In this document: piece after piece, positions 11,601 to 23,524 of the stretch
Numbering within the stretch: the first letter of the stretch is position 1
How the letters are laid out: each line of letters begins with the position of its first letter
Origin: Macrostomum lignano
Lineage: Eukaryota
Direction of reading: 5' to 3'
DNA: 64,000 nt
NCBI GenBank assembly: GCA_002269645.1
Contig: NIVC01001580.1
Coordinates: 114,003-178,002 of the forward strand
The notes under the pieces: generated by a model
What the model saw: only the letters and a program-made list of their open reading frames with translations
What the model was told of the DNA's origin: nothing
Databases searched by the model: none
Position numbers and translations under genes: made by a program

Positions 11601-12942
11601 TGTTTGGACTTCGGCTAATTGCTTTCTTGAACTTTTCATCGACAGTAGGACCCATGATAGCTATGATGAAGTGCGTTGTTCTGAAAGACTTTCTGCCTTT
11701 TCTAAGCATCGTTGGAATTATTTTTTACTCATTCGGAGTTTTCTACTTCAACTTGTTGTTTCCTGTGACTACGTCAGTGCAGAGTGAGCTCAGTGCGAAC
11801 ACCTACTGGTGGCGAGTGATTCTACAGATAATCACCCTGCCACTTGACCTGCTGTTTACAAAATTTGACCAGATCAACTTCGACACACCGCGTAGCGGCC
11901 TCGACCAATCTGTAGGATCAGTTGCCAACGCGATCGGGCTCTCCTGGTTTCAAAATCTACTCGTGTTTGTCTTTCTCAGCCTGGTAAACATCGTGATGCT
12001 GTACCTGCTCATTGCCAGGTTCAGTAGCCGCGTCAATGAAATGCGTGACAAAGCGGTCGGGCTGTGGAGGCGGTCGTATTTTGAGCTGCTGCGTGAGCAT
12101 CAGAGACGAGTGGCGCTCTTTACCTGCTGGTCTTGTGGCTGCTTCAGACGGTTGAAAGTTGATTGTGACAATGAGGTACGTCTGTTTGTTGTTGTTTATT
12201 GTAGTCACCACGGGAAAAGACAGTAGAAATATTGTCCTCCCAGTAAAGCTATATGTGGCGGACAAAGATAGTAATCGGTTTGCTTTTTGGACGCCAAAAT
12301 GAGTGCCTGCAGTTAAAAAAATCAGTGTACTAACGACACTGATCCTAAAATATAATGTATGGTTTGTTCGTTTAGGAATTTTTCCCACCTTCCACCTTCC
12401 CTTGGACTTAATTTCTACATGTATTCGCGGTTGCAAGACGTAAGTATGCACTCAGTTCTGCAGCTATGTGCGTATATTCTACACTGCAACAGACAATGAA
12501 AAGTAAGTGACGCAATTATTATAATCCTATGCTCGTAATACAATGTGCATCATTGCAATCCAGATGCACGAAACACACGTAAATCGATAGAACTAACGAA
12601 AATGATTTACCTTGGCGTATTATCAAAGCCTCACATTCGTCATGTAACTCACTCGCAATATAAACCCCTCGCTAGGGCTGGTGGAACAATGAGCATCAGT
12701 ACCCGCTGGAGTACCTGCGTTATCTTGGCTTCCAAGCCAACCAGCTCCGCCACCTGCGCTACCAGCTGGGCAGTCTCTTGGAGCATCAGCCGCGTTGGCG
12801 CTCGGCATTCCAGCCGGCATTGCCGATGACAAGCGGTCAGACTTCCAGAATGCCGCAAGAAAATCGACGATACAATAATGCTCAGAAACCAAAAAGCTGG
12901 CTGCCTGTCGCTACTCAGACTGCAAGAAAGAAAAGGGGTTGA
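8642..12942 (+). CDS. Ankyrin-repeat TRP cation channel, copy 1; exons 8642-12175 and 12676-12942
   Basis: About 14 ankyrin-type motifs (GRTAAHFAA, ATPLHY, GNTLAHCAA, QTVLHIA, GDTLAHYAA, GNTVLHY, GQTPIHFAA, GATCLHFAC and others). Six TM segments with GPMIAMM..DFLPF and LLIARFS, followed by a TRP-box-like WRRSYFELLREH. Donor GAG|gtacgt at 12175 joins acceptor ctag|GGCTGGTGG at 12676 in frame, giving WWNNEHQYPLEYLRYL, homologous to the last exon of copy 2. Confidence 0.9.
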
Positions 12943-13019
12943 AGCGAATCTACGTGGAAAAGATTATTAACGTCCATGACAGGAGATTTTCAATGTCCAT
13001 GTACAAAGAGAGACCTAAG

Positions 13020-13540
13020 TAGAACAAATTATCCACATCCACGTAGAGAAGATTGTTCATATAGATGTAGGGAAGATTGTCAATGTCTAAAAGAGGAGAT
13101 TATCAATATCTTTGAGTTGAGATTATCTATATCCATGGGATGAGACTAATAATGGGAATGAAAATCCATTTGAGATCATGTGAGATTATCCACATCCATG
13201 TAGAGTAGATTACTCAATCTAGGAGAGGAGATTATCCAACCCATGAGAGGAGATTATCTCTAAATATAAAAGAAGATTATCCAGATCGATGAGAGGACAT
13301 TGTCCATATTCATGAGAGGAGATTTATCCATATCCATGAGAGTAGATTATCCCTCTGTCTATAGGGAGAAAAAAGCAATTATTTTTATCCCTGCATAGAA
13401 GATTATCTATTCAGAGGAGATTATCTATTCAGAGGCGATTATCTATTCAGAGGATATTATCTATTTAGAGGAGATAATCTATTCAGAGAAGATTATCTAT
13501 TCATAAGAGATTATCTATTCAGAGGAGATTATCTATTGAG
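13020..13540. repeat. 18-bp minisatellite (AGAGGAGATTATCTATTC, ~8 units at 13397-13538) preceded by a decayed related array
   Basis: Clean units seen at 13397-13538. A degenerate GAGATTATCCATATCCATGAGAG motif recurs from 13020 to 13400. Confidence 0.85.
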
Positions 13541-14354
13541 AGTATCTATGCGGAGAAGATTATCTTACCGCGAATTGGAAGTTCTGCATGACTACGGCGC
13601 CTCCTGTTTTAGTGTCCAAATAAAAGGTTTGCTGCTTCTCTATGGTTTACTCAAAAAATCTTATTTAACTTTCAACTGACTAACGCTGACTTGCAGCGAA
13701 ACTGTCCGACCCATATTCAGAATTATTATTCTCGATTAAAATCTTAAATACAAATTGGAGAAAACATTTAGATTGCTAAAATTCAATGTTAAATAATTTA
13801 GTAAGCGTGGAGAAAATAATAATTCGTCATTGTTTCCTTGCATCAATTCTTTCTGATTTACTGATGAACAATTAGAACGTAAACAAATTGATAATATCAT
13901 TTTCTGGTATCCTAGTTTGTCCAATAATAGCTGAATTTCATCATCGTTATGTATTAAAAAGTCTCAATTTTTGAGAACGATGTTCAAATTAAGCGCAGTC
14001 TTAATACTCGTAAATAGCATTTACGAGCTAAATTCAAGTGCACGTGAAAATAAGGTAGTAAGAAAACAAAAGCCAACAGAAATATATACGAGGAGTGAAA
14101 CTCCTCCTACGGAGGAGAAAGGGGAAGAACTCCCACCGCCAGAATTCCATTACCTGAAATCCATCAGATGAAATCTCATGACTTGAATCCCATCTTCCAA
14201 ATCGTCTCCAAATCCTCTACAAAACCTACAAATACTTGCTGAGCTGCAAGTAGTCTAGGAGGAGTTATGCAACACACAAGCAAACAGACAAACAAACAAA
14301 CAAACATCGCACCACTTTTAGTATTAAGAAGAAGAGCATAACTTTTATTTGTTG

Positions 14355-14397
14355 CCAATGCGTTTCGTCGATCATATACATGTAGACGTCCTCAGGG
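14355..14397 (-). ncRNA. Degenerate minimal hammerhead-ribozyme-like motif (Penelope-type)
   Basis: The minus strand reads CC-CTGAGGA-C-GTC...GAC-GAAA-CGCATT-GG. The CUGANGA and GAAA cores and a 3-bp stem II are present, but stems I and III are imperfect. Confidence 0.35.
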
Positions 14398-15404
14398 TCT
14401 ATTCAATCCAAGTGATCCCAAAACATATCAGTATAAGTCGTATTTATGAACAACAAGCTGTGCAGTCCGAAGACGGGTCAATACAGTCCGGTAAAGTTTC
14501 AAAACGAGCCTAAGTACAGAACGGTGGGAGAGAGATAGAAGACTCACGGCACTGCTCACAGTATTCTGAGCTCACGCTCCACCCCTTGCCACAATACAAT
14601 GACATGAAAGCAAGGTGGAACTATACGCTTCTTTTGGGACACGTGCAATGAATTCTCTTAATACCATCTAGTTAAAGATATGAGTAGTTGAGTAGTTTGT
14701 CTTACCCCTAGAAGTGGTATACACCCGTAGAATAACGACTAAAATACTGGCAAGGTACAGTGCAACTATCTACCGTTGCCAGGTTGCTTAAGTAAAGAAG
14801 AGGCAACGAATGAATGAGTTCTTTGTATCTTTTCAACCTTCTTATAAACCCATAAAAAATTTGAGGCAGTTTTTTTTCTAGCAAGCATTATTAAAGCACA
14901 TTGGTGCTGCTGGTTGCTGTATTGCTTTTTACATTTTCTCCTTTAAATTCGAAGTTAGTTTCCCCCAATAGCAAACTAAAAGTGTACTAGAGGTAAGCAT
15001 ACCGATTTTTTGCATTTGATTATTTTTTATTATTCAATATAACGATTTAAAAAATCTGACTTCGATACCTACAAGCGTTTCTGTGTACTATAACTTATTA
15101 TGGTTCAGTCTGTTTCATGTAGTTTAGACCCGAATTTCAATCATATCTTTTTCTAACAAGCCTTCACTATGCTGCTGGGAATGGAAGGCCTAAAGATGGG
15201 AGACTTTTGTCGTCAAGTAAATAGGGAAGAGTCGGGAAAACTCGATAGAAAAAGACTCGACCTTTATTGCGATCGTAGAAGAACACCAGCTATGTACGAA
15301 TACTGAACATTCTTTTGTAATTGGGTAGATTGCTAAAGTAGATGTGCTTTAAACATACTGGCAGTAGTTCCCGTTTGGGCAATGTTAGTAGACAAAGGGA
15401 TAGA

Positions 15405-15760
15405 TAGAGGCAGGGGGGTTGTGTGCACCCTGGCGCACTTTAAGCGACATAGGCACACAACCGGCGAGAGGCATTACTGCCCATTCCGCCGACTCCCTGA
15501 GCAGGCATACAAGCGCGCGGATACGTACGCAGGCACACACTCACACAGGAGTGTACAGCGGCCCTAACTTTATATTATCGTTAGGCATGTACACTTCACT
15601 GCGCCTTGGGGGGTTGCATGGCTCTCAAGGCCGTTAATTGCACGAGCAGAGCCAAGCCGAGATTCCAATTCAGCCCCAAATTAATGTGACTGCACTTGGA
15701 ATCGAGCCTGGGTCGCTGGCTCACCAGAGCAGCTGCGCTACCGCTGGGCTACGGCCCCCC
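15405..15760 (-). mobile_element. tRNA-derived SINE (356 bp) with 16-bp target-site duplication
   Basis: Exact direct repeats TAGACAAAGGGATAGA at 15389-15404 and 15761-15776. The minus-strand 5' head has A box TAGCCCAGCGG (15741-15751) and B box GGCTCGATTCC (15698-15708). Confidence 0.88.
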
Positions 15761-17064
15761 TAGACAAAGGGATAGACAAAAGGTTTAAAAGTTTCTATAT
15801 CAGTGTCTCTACAGAGCAGTTGGGATTAGGGAAACGCAGACTTCGTCCACACTTACAATTTGGAGGCGAATTACGAGTAATTGAGAGTTTGGGTTCCGCT
15901 GAGAGTAGCGAGGTAATGCATCTCAAGGTAATTTAGGTAAGAGACACAGGACGCCCATCAAAAGTAGAAGTTAATAAGGGATCCTTATTCTAGGTAATAA
16001 CTTAATACCTTGTAAAACTTATTGTATGCTTATTAAAAATTGAACATCTGTCTAATTAATGAATACGCGCAATCTTCAGATTTCTGCTTTCATTCTTTAT
16101 AATTATTAATTAAATATTCCAATATAGAGATTAAACATCCAGACAGTTCGTTTCATAAGAAAGATTTAATAAGGCTGTGATAGTCGGAGAAATATGTAGA
16201 TGTCTGTGAACTATAGATTTTACTGGTTGAAATCACACTATTGCCTTTACAAACACATTAGTAATACGACTAGTTGAAACCTTATTGCTGTCGCCATACA
16301 AGCTGTAGCTATTGCACCTCTTTAGCATCGCTTAGTAGCTGTAGAATAAGCTCAATTTGCATCAGTTCTATTCGTTCCGTACAAAGAGCCGCAGCTGTGA
16401 CAGCAACTCTATAGCAGCTATTTGTTGGGCTCGCTAGATTCAGGCATAGTTTTTGTCATTTTAGTTGCCTGGCCGAAGTGAAATATGATGAATAAAAAAA
16501 GAGAGGATAGCGGCAGACCTTAAATAATGAATGAGTCGCTAAAGAGCACAGAACAAACAACAGACGGAGTAGATAAGATACAAGCCATAGTTACTACGTT
16601 AGGTTTGATAGCGTCGACCGAGTCTGAATTATTCATAATCAATGTATGCTACTGATAAGTAGCAAGTAGAGAGTTCTTTGGCATTAGGAAAATTATGGTT
16701 AAATAATGATATTCATGAGAACTAGGATTCAAATGTAAATTTATTACGCTGTAATTAGAGTAAATACGAGTACACTGAAGTGATTAAGTAGCTCTAACTG
16801 CACTGTAAACACTGTACACCGGTAATTACGAATTCATTTCTCATTAATTATTTTTGATGATTTCGTGAATCTTAGGTAGATTCACTAGCGATTTATTAAT
16901 CAATTTAAAGTCGTGTGCTTTGACTATCTTGAAAATTGTTTATGACAATTCTATACTAACTTAGATTGATGGGTAAGCTTTCAAGCCAACCAACTGTTTT
17001 GTGGTTATCCGATCAATCATTTTGCTGGACAAATTAAAAAAAGGAATGAAACTCAAACTATAAA

Positions 17065-20000
17065 ATGCAAAAACCCATCACAGAAGCGGAAGTTCAGCGC
17101 GAGTGCGACTCAGCTGGTTGGATAATGCAGCAGCCGGAGTCGAGCGTGAGTGTTCAAGGAAAGCACGCGGTCTACTATGACAGCAGCTCTTGTGACGAGA
17201 CCGACGGTGATACGCTGCCACCAGGACTTCCCGACGCGAGGAATTCATATAGAATACAATTTCTGAATTTAGAAGAACCTGTGGTCGAGAACTCAAAATT
17301 ACAAAAGTCTGCAGTCGATTCTCCTACAGAGGAATCGCAAGAAGAAGACGATCCAAATTTGTTACTTCTTAGGTATGCGAAAGCGAAAGAATTCGAGAAA
17401 GCCATACGTCTCTTAGAGAAAGAAAAAGAGAAAAAGGAAAAAGAAAAAGAAAAACAGCCGGAAAAAAAGCTGGAAAAACTGGTGAAAGACTATACAGAAG
17501 AAGGATGCAAGAGAACTGCAGCGCACTACGCCGCAATGACTCCAGAGGGCGGAAAGACGCTTTTAAAAATTATAGAACACTTCAAGCATAAAAAAACTGC
17601 ATGCTGAAAAAAGACAGCCACCAGACAACGCCACTGCATTACTGTATGAGTTGTTTCTCAAAAGAATCTCTGAAAGAGATTATTGATAAGGTGAAACCAG
17701 CCAATTTTTACGAACGAAACTGCGATGGCGATACCGTGTTCCATTTTGCCGCCGTCAACTTAAACCGCCCAGAAGAGAAAAATATTTCGACTGATTACTC
17801 GCGCGATTCAGACAGCAGCGAAGAAAACGCAGAGAAATGTGAAAAAATGAAGGTTAAAAACCAGGTAACCGACTACCAGGAAAGCGTCAACAAGGAAAGT
17901 AGCAGCAAGAAAAGTGATAGCGAGGGGGAAAGTAGCAGCACGGAAAGTGACAGCGAGGAGGAAAGTTTTGGAGAATCTAGCTGCGTTCGCTGGATTCGCG
18001 GCGCGAGTTCCTGTTGCAGCGCTACTGTTACTCCTGATGACGGAAGCAATCAAGCAGCCAACGAAGGGGAACGCAAAGACGGTGATGAATCGCAAGATAA
18101 AACGAATGAAGAACCATCTACACTATTTGGGTTAGTTCTTGCAAAAATACGAGTACTCGTACATACTCGTAAAAAAGATGGCGGAGAAGTGAAAAAAGAG
18201 GCGGAAAGTGCAAAAAAAGTTCTCTTGTTAAAGAACAAAAAGGACCAGACAGTGCTGCATCTGGCTGCAATGCATGCGAGCCCTAAGGAACTCAGTTTTC
18301 TACTGAAAACTGCCTGCAATCTCGACAAAGAATGCCTGGAAGCACAGGACAGAGATGGCTACAACTTTTGTCATTATGCAGTTCAGAACAAGAACCAAAA
18401 TGATAAAATTGTGGACGAACTGTTGTCCGTTCTTGACAAAGTGGACAAAGAACTGGTCTCCACACTGATAGGCGAATACGCCACTACAAATGAAAAATCT
18501 CAAAAAGCTCAAAAAGTTCAAAAAGCTCAAAAAGCTCCGAGACTCACGCTACTCCAGAGAGCAATCGACAGTAAAAGTTGCAAAGATCAGACGGTAGTAA
18601 AAATCTACAAAAAACTGGAAAGTCTTGGAAACGAAGGTAGGATCGGTTTCAAGAAGTACATCGAACAAAGAGACAAGTGTGGAAACACAGCCCTTATTCT
18701 GGCTGCAATGGGTTTCAACAAAGAAGAGAAAAAGTACGAAACAGCGAGTCAGTTATTTCATTGCACCGATAAACATCACTGGTCTCTCCTGAATAACCAA
18801 GGCAAAAGTGCGTTACATCTCGCATATCAAAATTCGCAATTTACGGAACACTTGAGGAAATGGCACACCGACACCTACAATGAACTGATTTCTGAGAGCA
18901 CACTCGACGGAGATGGCAGATCGTGCCTTTTCTACGCGTGCATGGGGTGGAATTTTGATCTTCTGCCCAAAGGAAATGGTTTCAAAATTTTGCCGTGCAC
19001 GGACTTCGACAAAAATACCCTGCTCCACGCACTGTTCTTCTATACCGGAAAACTTGCAGATGACAGCCAAGACGGACCTGACAAACGTGCTGAAAATTTT
19101 ATGGAAGTATTTTTGAATATTGCGTCAGTAACCGAAATAGCAGAGGAAAATGACCTCGGTCAGAACTGCCTACACGCTTCGACCCTAACAGAAGATACTT
19201 TGGAAAAGATATTGAGTAAAGCAGCTTCGGTAGGAAATGAGGGGAAAGACTCAAAGGAAGACAATACATGCCTCGTCGCGGATTTTCGCAGAGAATTAAA
19301 AAAGCTTCTAAAGGCATTAAACGGCTTTCACGCCATCCATTCGTTTGCGAGCAAATACAAACTCAAAAAAGTAGCTCCACTATTGGCCAAACTGTCTGAT
19401 TCGCCAACGGAGTCCCTGCTGCAGCTTACAGTAAGCAGCGGTCCGCTCAAGGGTGCCACCTGTCTGCACTTCGCCTGCGAGACCAACAATGAAGAGAACA
19501 TCAAATGGCTTATGCGTCGAAGAAATTGGCAGGCCCTCGCCGCTGCTACGCATTCTGGGCTGACTGCTCTCGACTTCGCCAAAATCATTAGCCGAATGAA
19601 AGTTGTTGACAAAACTTTTAAACGCCAGGAAGAGAAATCTAAGTTAGAAATTCTGTGTCTAATCGATCCTGTTCACCACGGACTCCAATTGCCGCGCGGA
19701 ACTAAAGCTCGTCAACTTCTTGTCTCCATGCTGGACAAAGCATCCCGCGATAAAGTTGCCAGAGGCAAAGATAGCAAGCAGAGTAAATTCATTGGAAACG
19801 TAAATGTTGAGCTTGGGGAAGGCAATGAAGATGATGAACGCACGGATGAGTGTATCTTGTTCCAGGCGTTAGATCTTGATTCGCCAATCATGTTCCGATG
19901 TGCTCTCCGACTGAAACGGGTTACTCGAGAAGTTGAGGCACGACTTTGGGACTACTTGCAGCACAAAAGCAACAACGGAAAAGAACAGATAGAAGAAAGT

Positions 20001-22842
20001 AAACAGGTAAAAGAAAAAGGAAAGAAACGAGATACCTCATTGGCCAAGTACAAGCAGCTCCCTCGGATCCATTCACCGACCGGATCATCGGAGATGCTGG
20101 TAGTTGACGTCGCTCTGTTCCTCAGAAAACTGAAAATCTTGCCGGACCTTATTCTGACACGGCAGTTTGAGTTGATCCCAGTGACACTAAGCCTGCTATT
20201 GTACCTGAGGTTGGAAATCGCTAATAGCGAAGACACCACCACGCAGAATCAACTGCTGGAACTTAAAGCAAAGCTCCTTCAAATTGCAGTGAATGCTCTT
20301 GAGTGCTTGTACGCTAATATCGATAACGCTAAAGATAAGAAGCTATTAATGAAGTATTTAAACGGAAAAATTGGCAGTTATAAAGAGGAAAAATCTGAAG
20401 AACAGCCTAATGGCAATGATCAAACGCAAAGCCAGCCGTCTGACAACAAAAGAGCAAAAAATCTGGCCAAACGGCAAGACAGCAAAAAAGCTGATCAAGA
20501 GACAAACTCTGAAGAACAGCCTAATGGCAATGATCAAACGCAAAGCCAGCAGTCTGACGACGAGAAAAAAGTCGTACTCGGCCCAAAATTTCCGAGCCGG
20601 TACAAGGAGAACCAACGTTCCATCTACGAAAAGGATACTGAAAAGAACGCTGTGGAGCCAGAAAAGGATACCGTCAATTACTACTCCGTTTACGAAATGG
20701 TCAAGCTGCTCGATTCAAAAGATATTTTTGCAACTGAGTGCATCCACCGACTCCTTAAGAAAAAATGGAACGAAGCACCAAAAGACAACTGCCTTTCTCC
20801 TAAAACTAACTACTCTATAAACTTCTTTGCATTCATTGCCTTTTTAGTGTTTTTTGCGTGGTACTTGATTGATTTCCGGGTGACTTTTGACTGGGCTATT
20901 CCAGACGTGATAATGGCACTCTACCTGGCTTCATTTACGCTGCAAGAATCGTTTGAAATTTACAAGGGCGCTAGCAAACGACACTTTTTGAAAGGCAGCA
21001 AAGCATTTATGTTGCCGCGATATTTTAAGGAACAGCTCAATATGTTTGACTGTGCCGCGATTCTATTCCTGTGGATCGGTCTGGTCTGGAAGTGGATCAT
21101 CTTCTCACACGGCATCTCCTACCCCACTGCCTATTCCTGCCAGATGGTTCTCAGCACCGCATTCTTGCTGTGGGGCTTCCGGTCAGTGTCCTTCCTGAGC
21201 TACTTTGAGACCATCGGACCAGTGATCTCGATGATGCGCAGCCTGCTTCTAAAGGACCTTTTGCCTTTCGCCGCTATCACCATTGTGATATTCTACTCCT
21301 CCAGCGTCTTCTTCTTCAATCTGCTCTTCTCAACTGTAACCGCTACCGCATCCGAGCGGGAGTCAGAAGGCTACGCCACCAGCGTGTTCCTGCAGGTATT
21401 CACCCTGCCGTTCACCCTGTTCCTGGATAATCCTCCAGACTACACGGAATCTGGCGGCGGAACGGACCAAGAAATCGGATCCGTTGGCAACAAGACCGGC
21501 GTCAGTGCCTTCAAAAATTTCTTCGTATTTGTCTTCCTGATTGTCGTCAACATAGTGATGGTGAACCTATTGATCGCTCTGTTCAGCCTCCGCGTGAGCA
21601 CAATGGTCAGCAGGGCCCGCTGCATCTGGAGGCGAAAGTACTTTCACCTGATGCAGGAGTTTCAGCATGCCAGTCCTGTCCCTCCGCCTTTTTCATTTAT
21701 TTACTACATTTTAGCCTTCTCCAGGGAGGTGAATACTCGTAAGTGTAAGGAACGGCAGAAAGCTAAAAGTCAAGAGAAGGTGAGTGAGCGAGATTTTGCA
21801 TCCTATTTTTTTCATATTCAGAAACGGATCCAGGGTTTTTTAGGTGGTCGACTGTTTCATTCTTTAAGGGGTGAATTGGAGTTTCATGTCATGACAGGCT
21901 ATAGAGTTTCGTCAGTGCTACGAGCGTATTTCAGAGCAACAGGTGACCGTTTTTACTGGACTATTTTTCCCGCGGTCAGTTGACCCTTTGATCACAATTG
22001 ATCCACTACTACATAGCTCGTACGTTGCAAGTACTATATTTTAGTACTTTTAATATTTTAAAGTTTAACTCCCCCTACCACTGTACTTCTCGTCAATTTG
22101 TGGACCACAATATGGACGAATTATATTAGGTTTTGAGAACAAGTAGCTGCCCATGGCTTTGTACAGTAGATAAGCTTGGGATTACAGAGGTGGGAAGTGA
22201 AGGAAGAATGATATAAGATTTAAATTTAAATGTAGCTATTCCGAATGCATCATACTTTGGTCGCTGCTCGAAACTTTCGCATTCGAAATTCTGAACGAAT
22301 TACCGTGGATGTAGGCCATTTTAAACCGTTTTAGAGGCCATGTTATCGAAACCACCTGAAAAACCTTCACTCAAAATACTACGGTAAAGCAGAACCCCAG
22401 AGGACGACTAGAAAACCTAGAGCGTTCCAATTTTTTTAAAACGTGCTTTCCTAAACTTCAGGAGTGGTGGAAGTCGGATGGCAGTTCATATCCAGAAGAC
22501 TATCTGAAATTCCTGAGGATCCAAGCCAGCTGCTTCAGCAGAAACCGAGCCAATTTTCTGCAACAGCTGGAAGAGAACCAGCCGGACTTTGATGCTCTGA
22601 AGGCCTTCACACGCAACTCCCTCGCTCAAATGCGCGACAAGCTGGGAGAAACTATAGAAAAGCAGGAAGAGAAGCTGGAAGGGATGAACGAGAGTTTGCG
22701 CTCGGCAATGCTGGACAGGATGTACAAGCAGGAAGAGAAGCTGGAAGTGATAAACGAGAGTTTGCGCTCGGCAATGCTGGACAGGATGAACAGCTTGGAG
22801 AGTAAAGTTGACCAGTTGGTTCAACTAATTTCAAAGAGTTGA
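17065..22842 (+). CDS. Ankyrin-repeat TRP cation channel, copy 2; exons 17065-21779 (1-bp frameshift near 17590) and 22462-22842
   Basis: The 14 ankyrin motifs are colinear with copy 1. TM region reads GPVISMMRSLLLKDLLPF and NLLIALFS, then WRRKYFHLMQEFQHASPVPPPFSFIYY. Donor AAG|gtgagt (21779) joins acceptor ttcag|GAGTGGTGG (22462) in frame to a coiled-coil last exon. ORFs 17065-17607 and 17601-21983 join if the A7 run at 17590-17596 is read as A8. Confidence 0.88.
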
Positions 22843-23524
22843 TGGACAAGGCTGCAAGAAGAGCTACTGCAGGTGATAGACGAATGAGTGCACAGTAAAT
22901 TTTGACTGACATATTTTAACTCGATTTTTATTTTATCGTTCCTATAGAAACTTTACGAGCTAATTAAAACGAATCTGTACAAATTTTGCTTATTTGCTGC
23001 AGCAAAAGATTTATTTGTTTTAATAATGTTATATTTTTGAGAGTCAAAAGCACCTTATGGTGACTGAGACTGAATAAGATGCTGCTTAAAAGTAGAAAAG
23101 ATCTGAATTAGCACAATTGTCTATTTTATCAATAATTAACTTTATCAATAAGATCTTTGACTCTTAAGGACTCAAGTCCCCATTAAGGAAAGTTTTAATG
23201 TAGGACAAATTTTCTTAAGAATGTTTTAGGGCTATAAGTATTACCATACCATAAAATAGAAAATACGGAAAACGCGGCTTTAGTGATTACGAGCTAAATA
23301 ATGTTGTGGGCCGCATTCCTTTAGTGAATTTTTCTAAGATTTACGTTGAAGCAGAGTTTGCCGTACCTTCTATCTACAGTAATATATCGCAGAGGTTCAA
23401 ATTTTAGCTAATCTTTAGTAATAATGCTTCCATATTATATTATACATTATCATATTTCTTGAAGCGTGTTTGTAGCTGTTTATTTAGCTAGCGTGTTTTT
23501 ACGTTTAATTTAGTATTGAATTTT

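Noticed and set aside
12464-12502. Candidate 39-nt exon in the channel 1 intron (ctgcag...AA|gtaagt)
   Set aside because: It contains an in-frame TGA in the required phase 0, and direct 12175-12676 splicing already restores homology with copy 2. It could only be a poison exon, for which there is no evidence.
8678-21625. Numerous short antisense and alternate-frame ORFs over the channel genes
   Set aside because: They are shadow ORFs of the long coding exons with no independent homology. The same applies to those over LRRC45, pol and the mucin.
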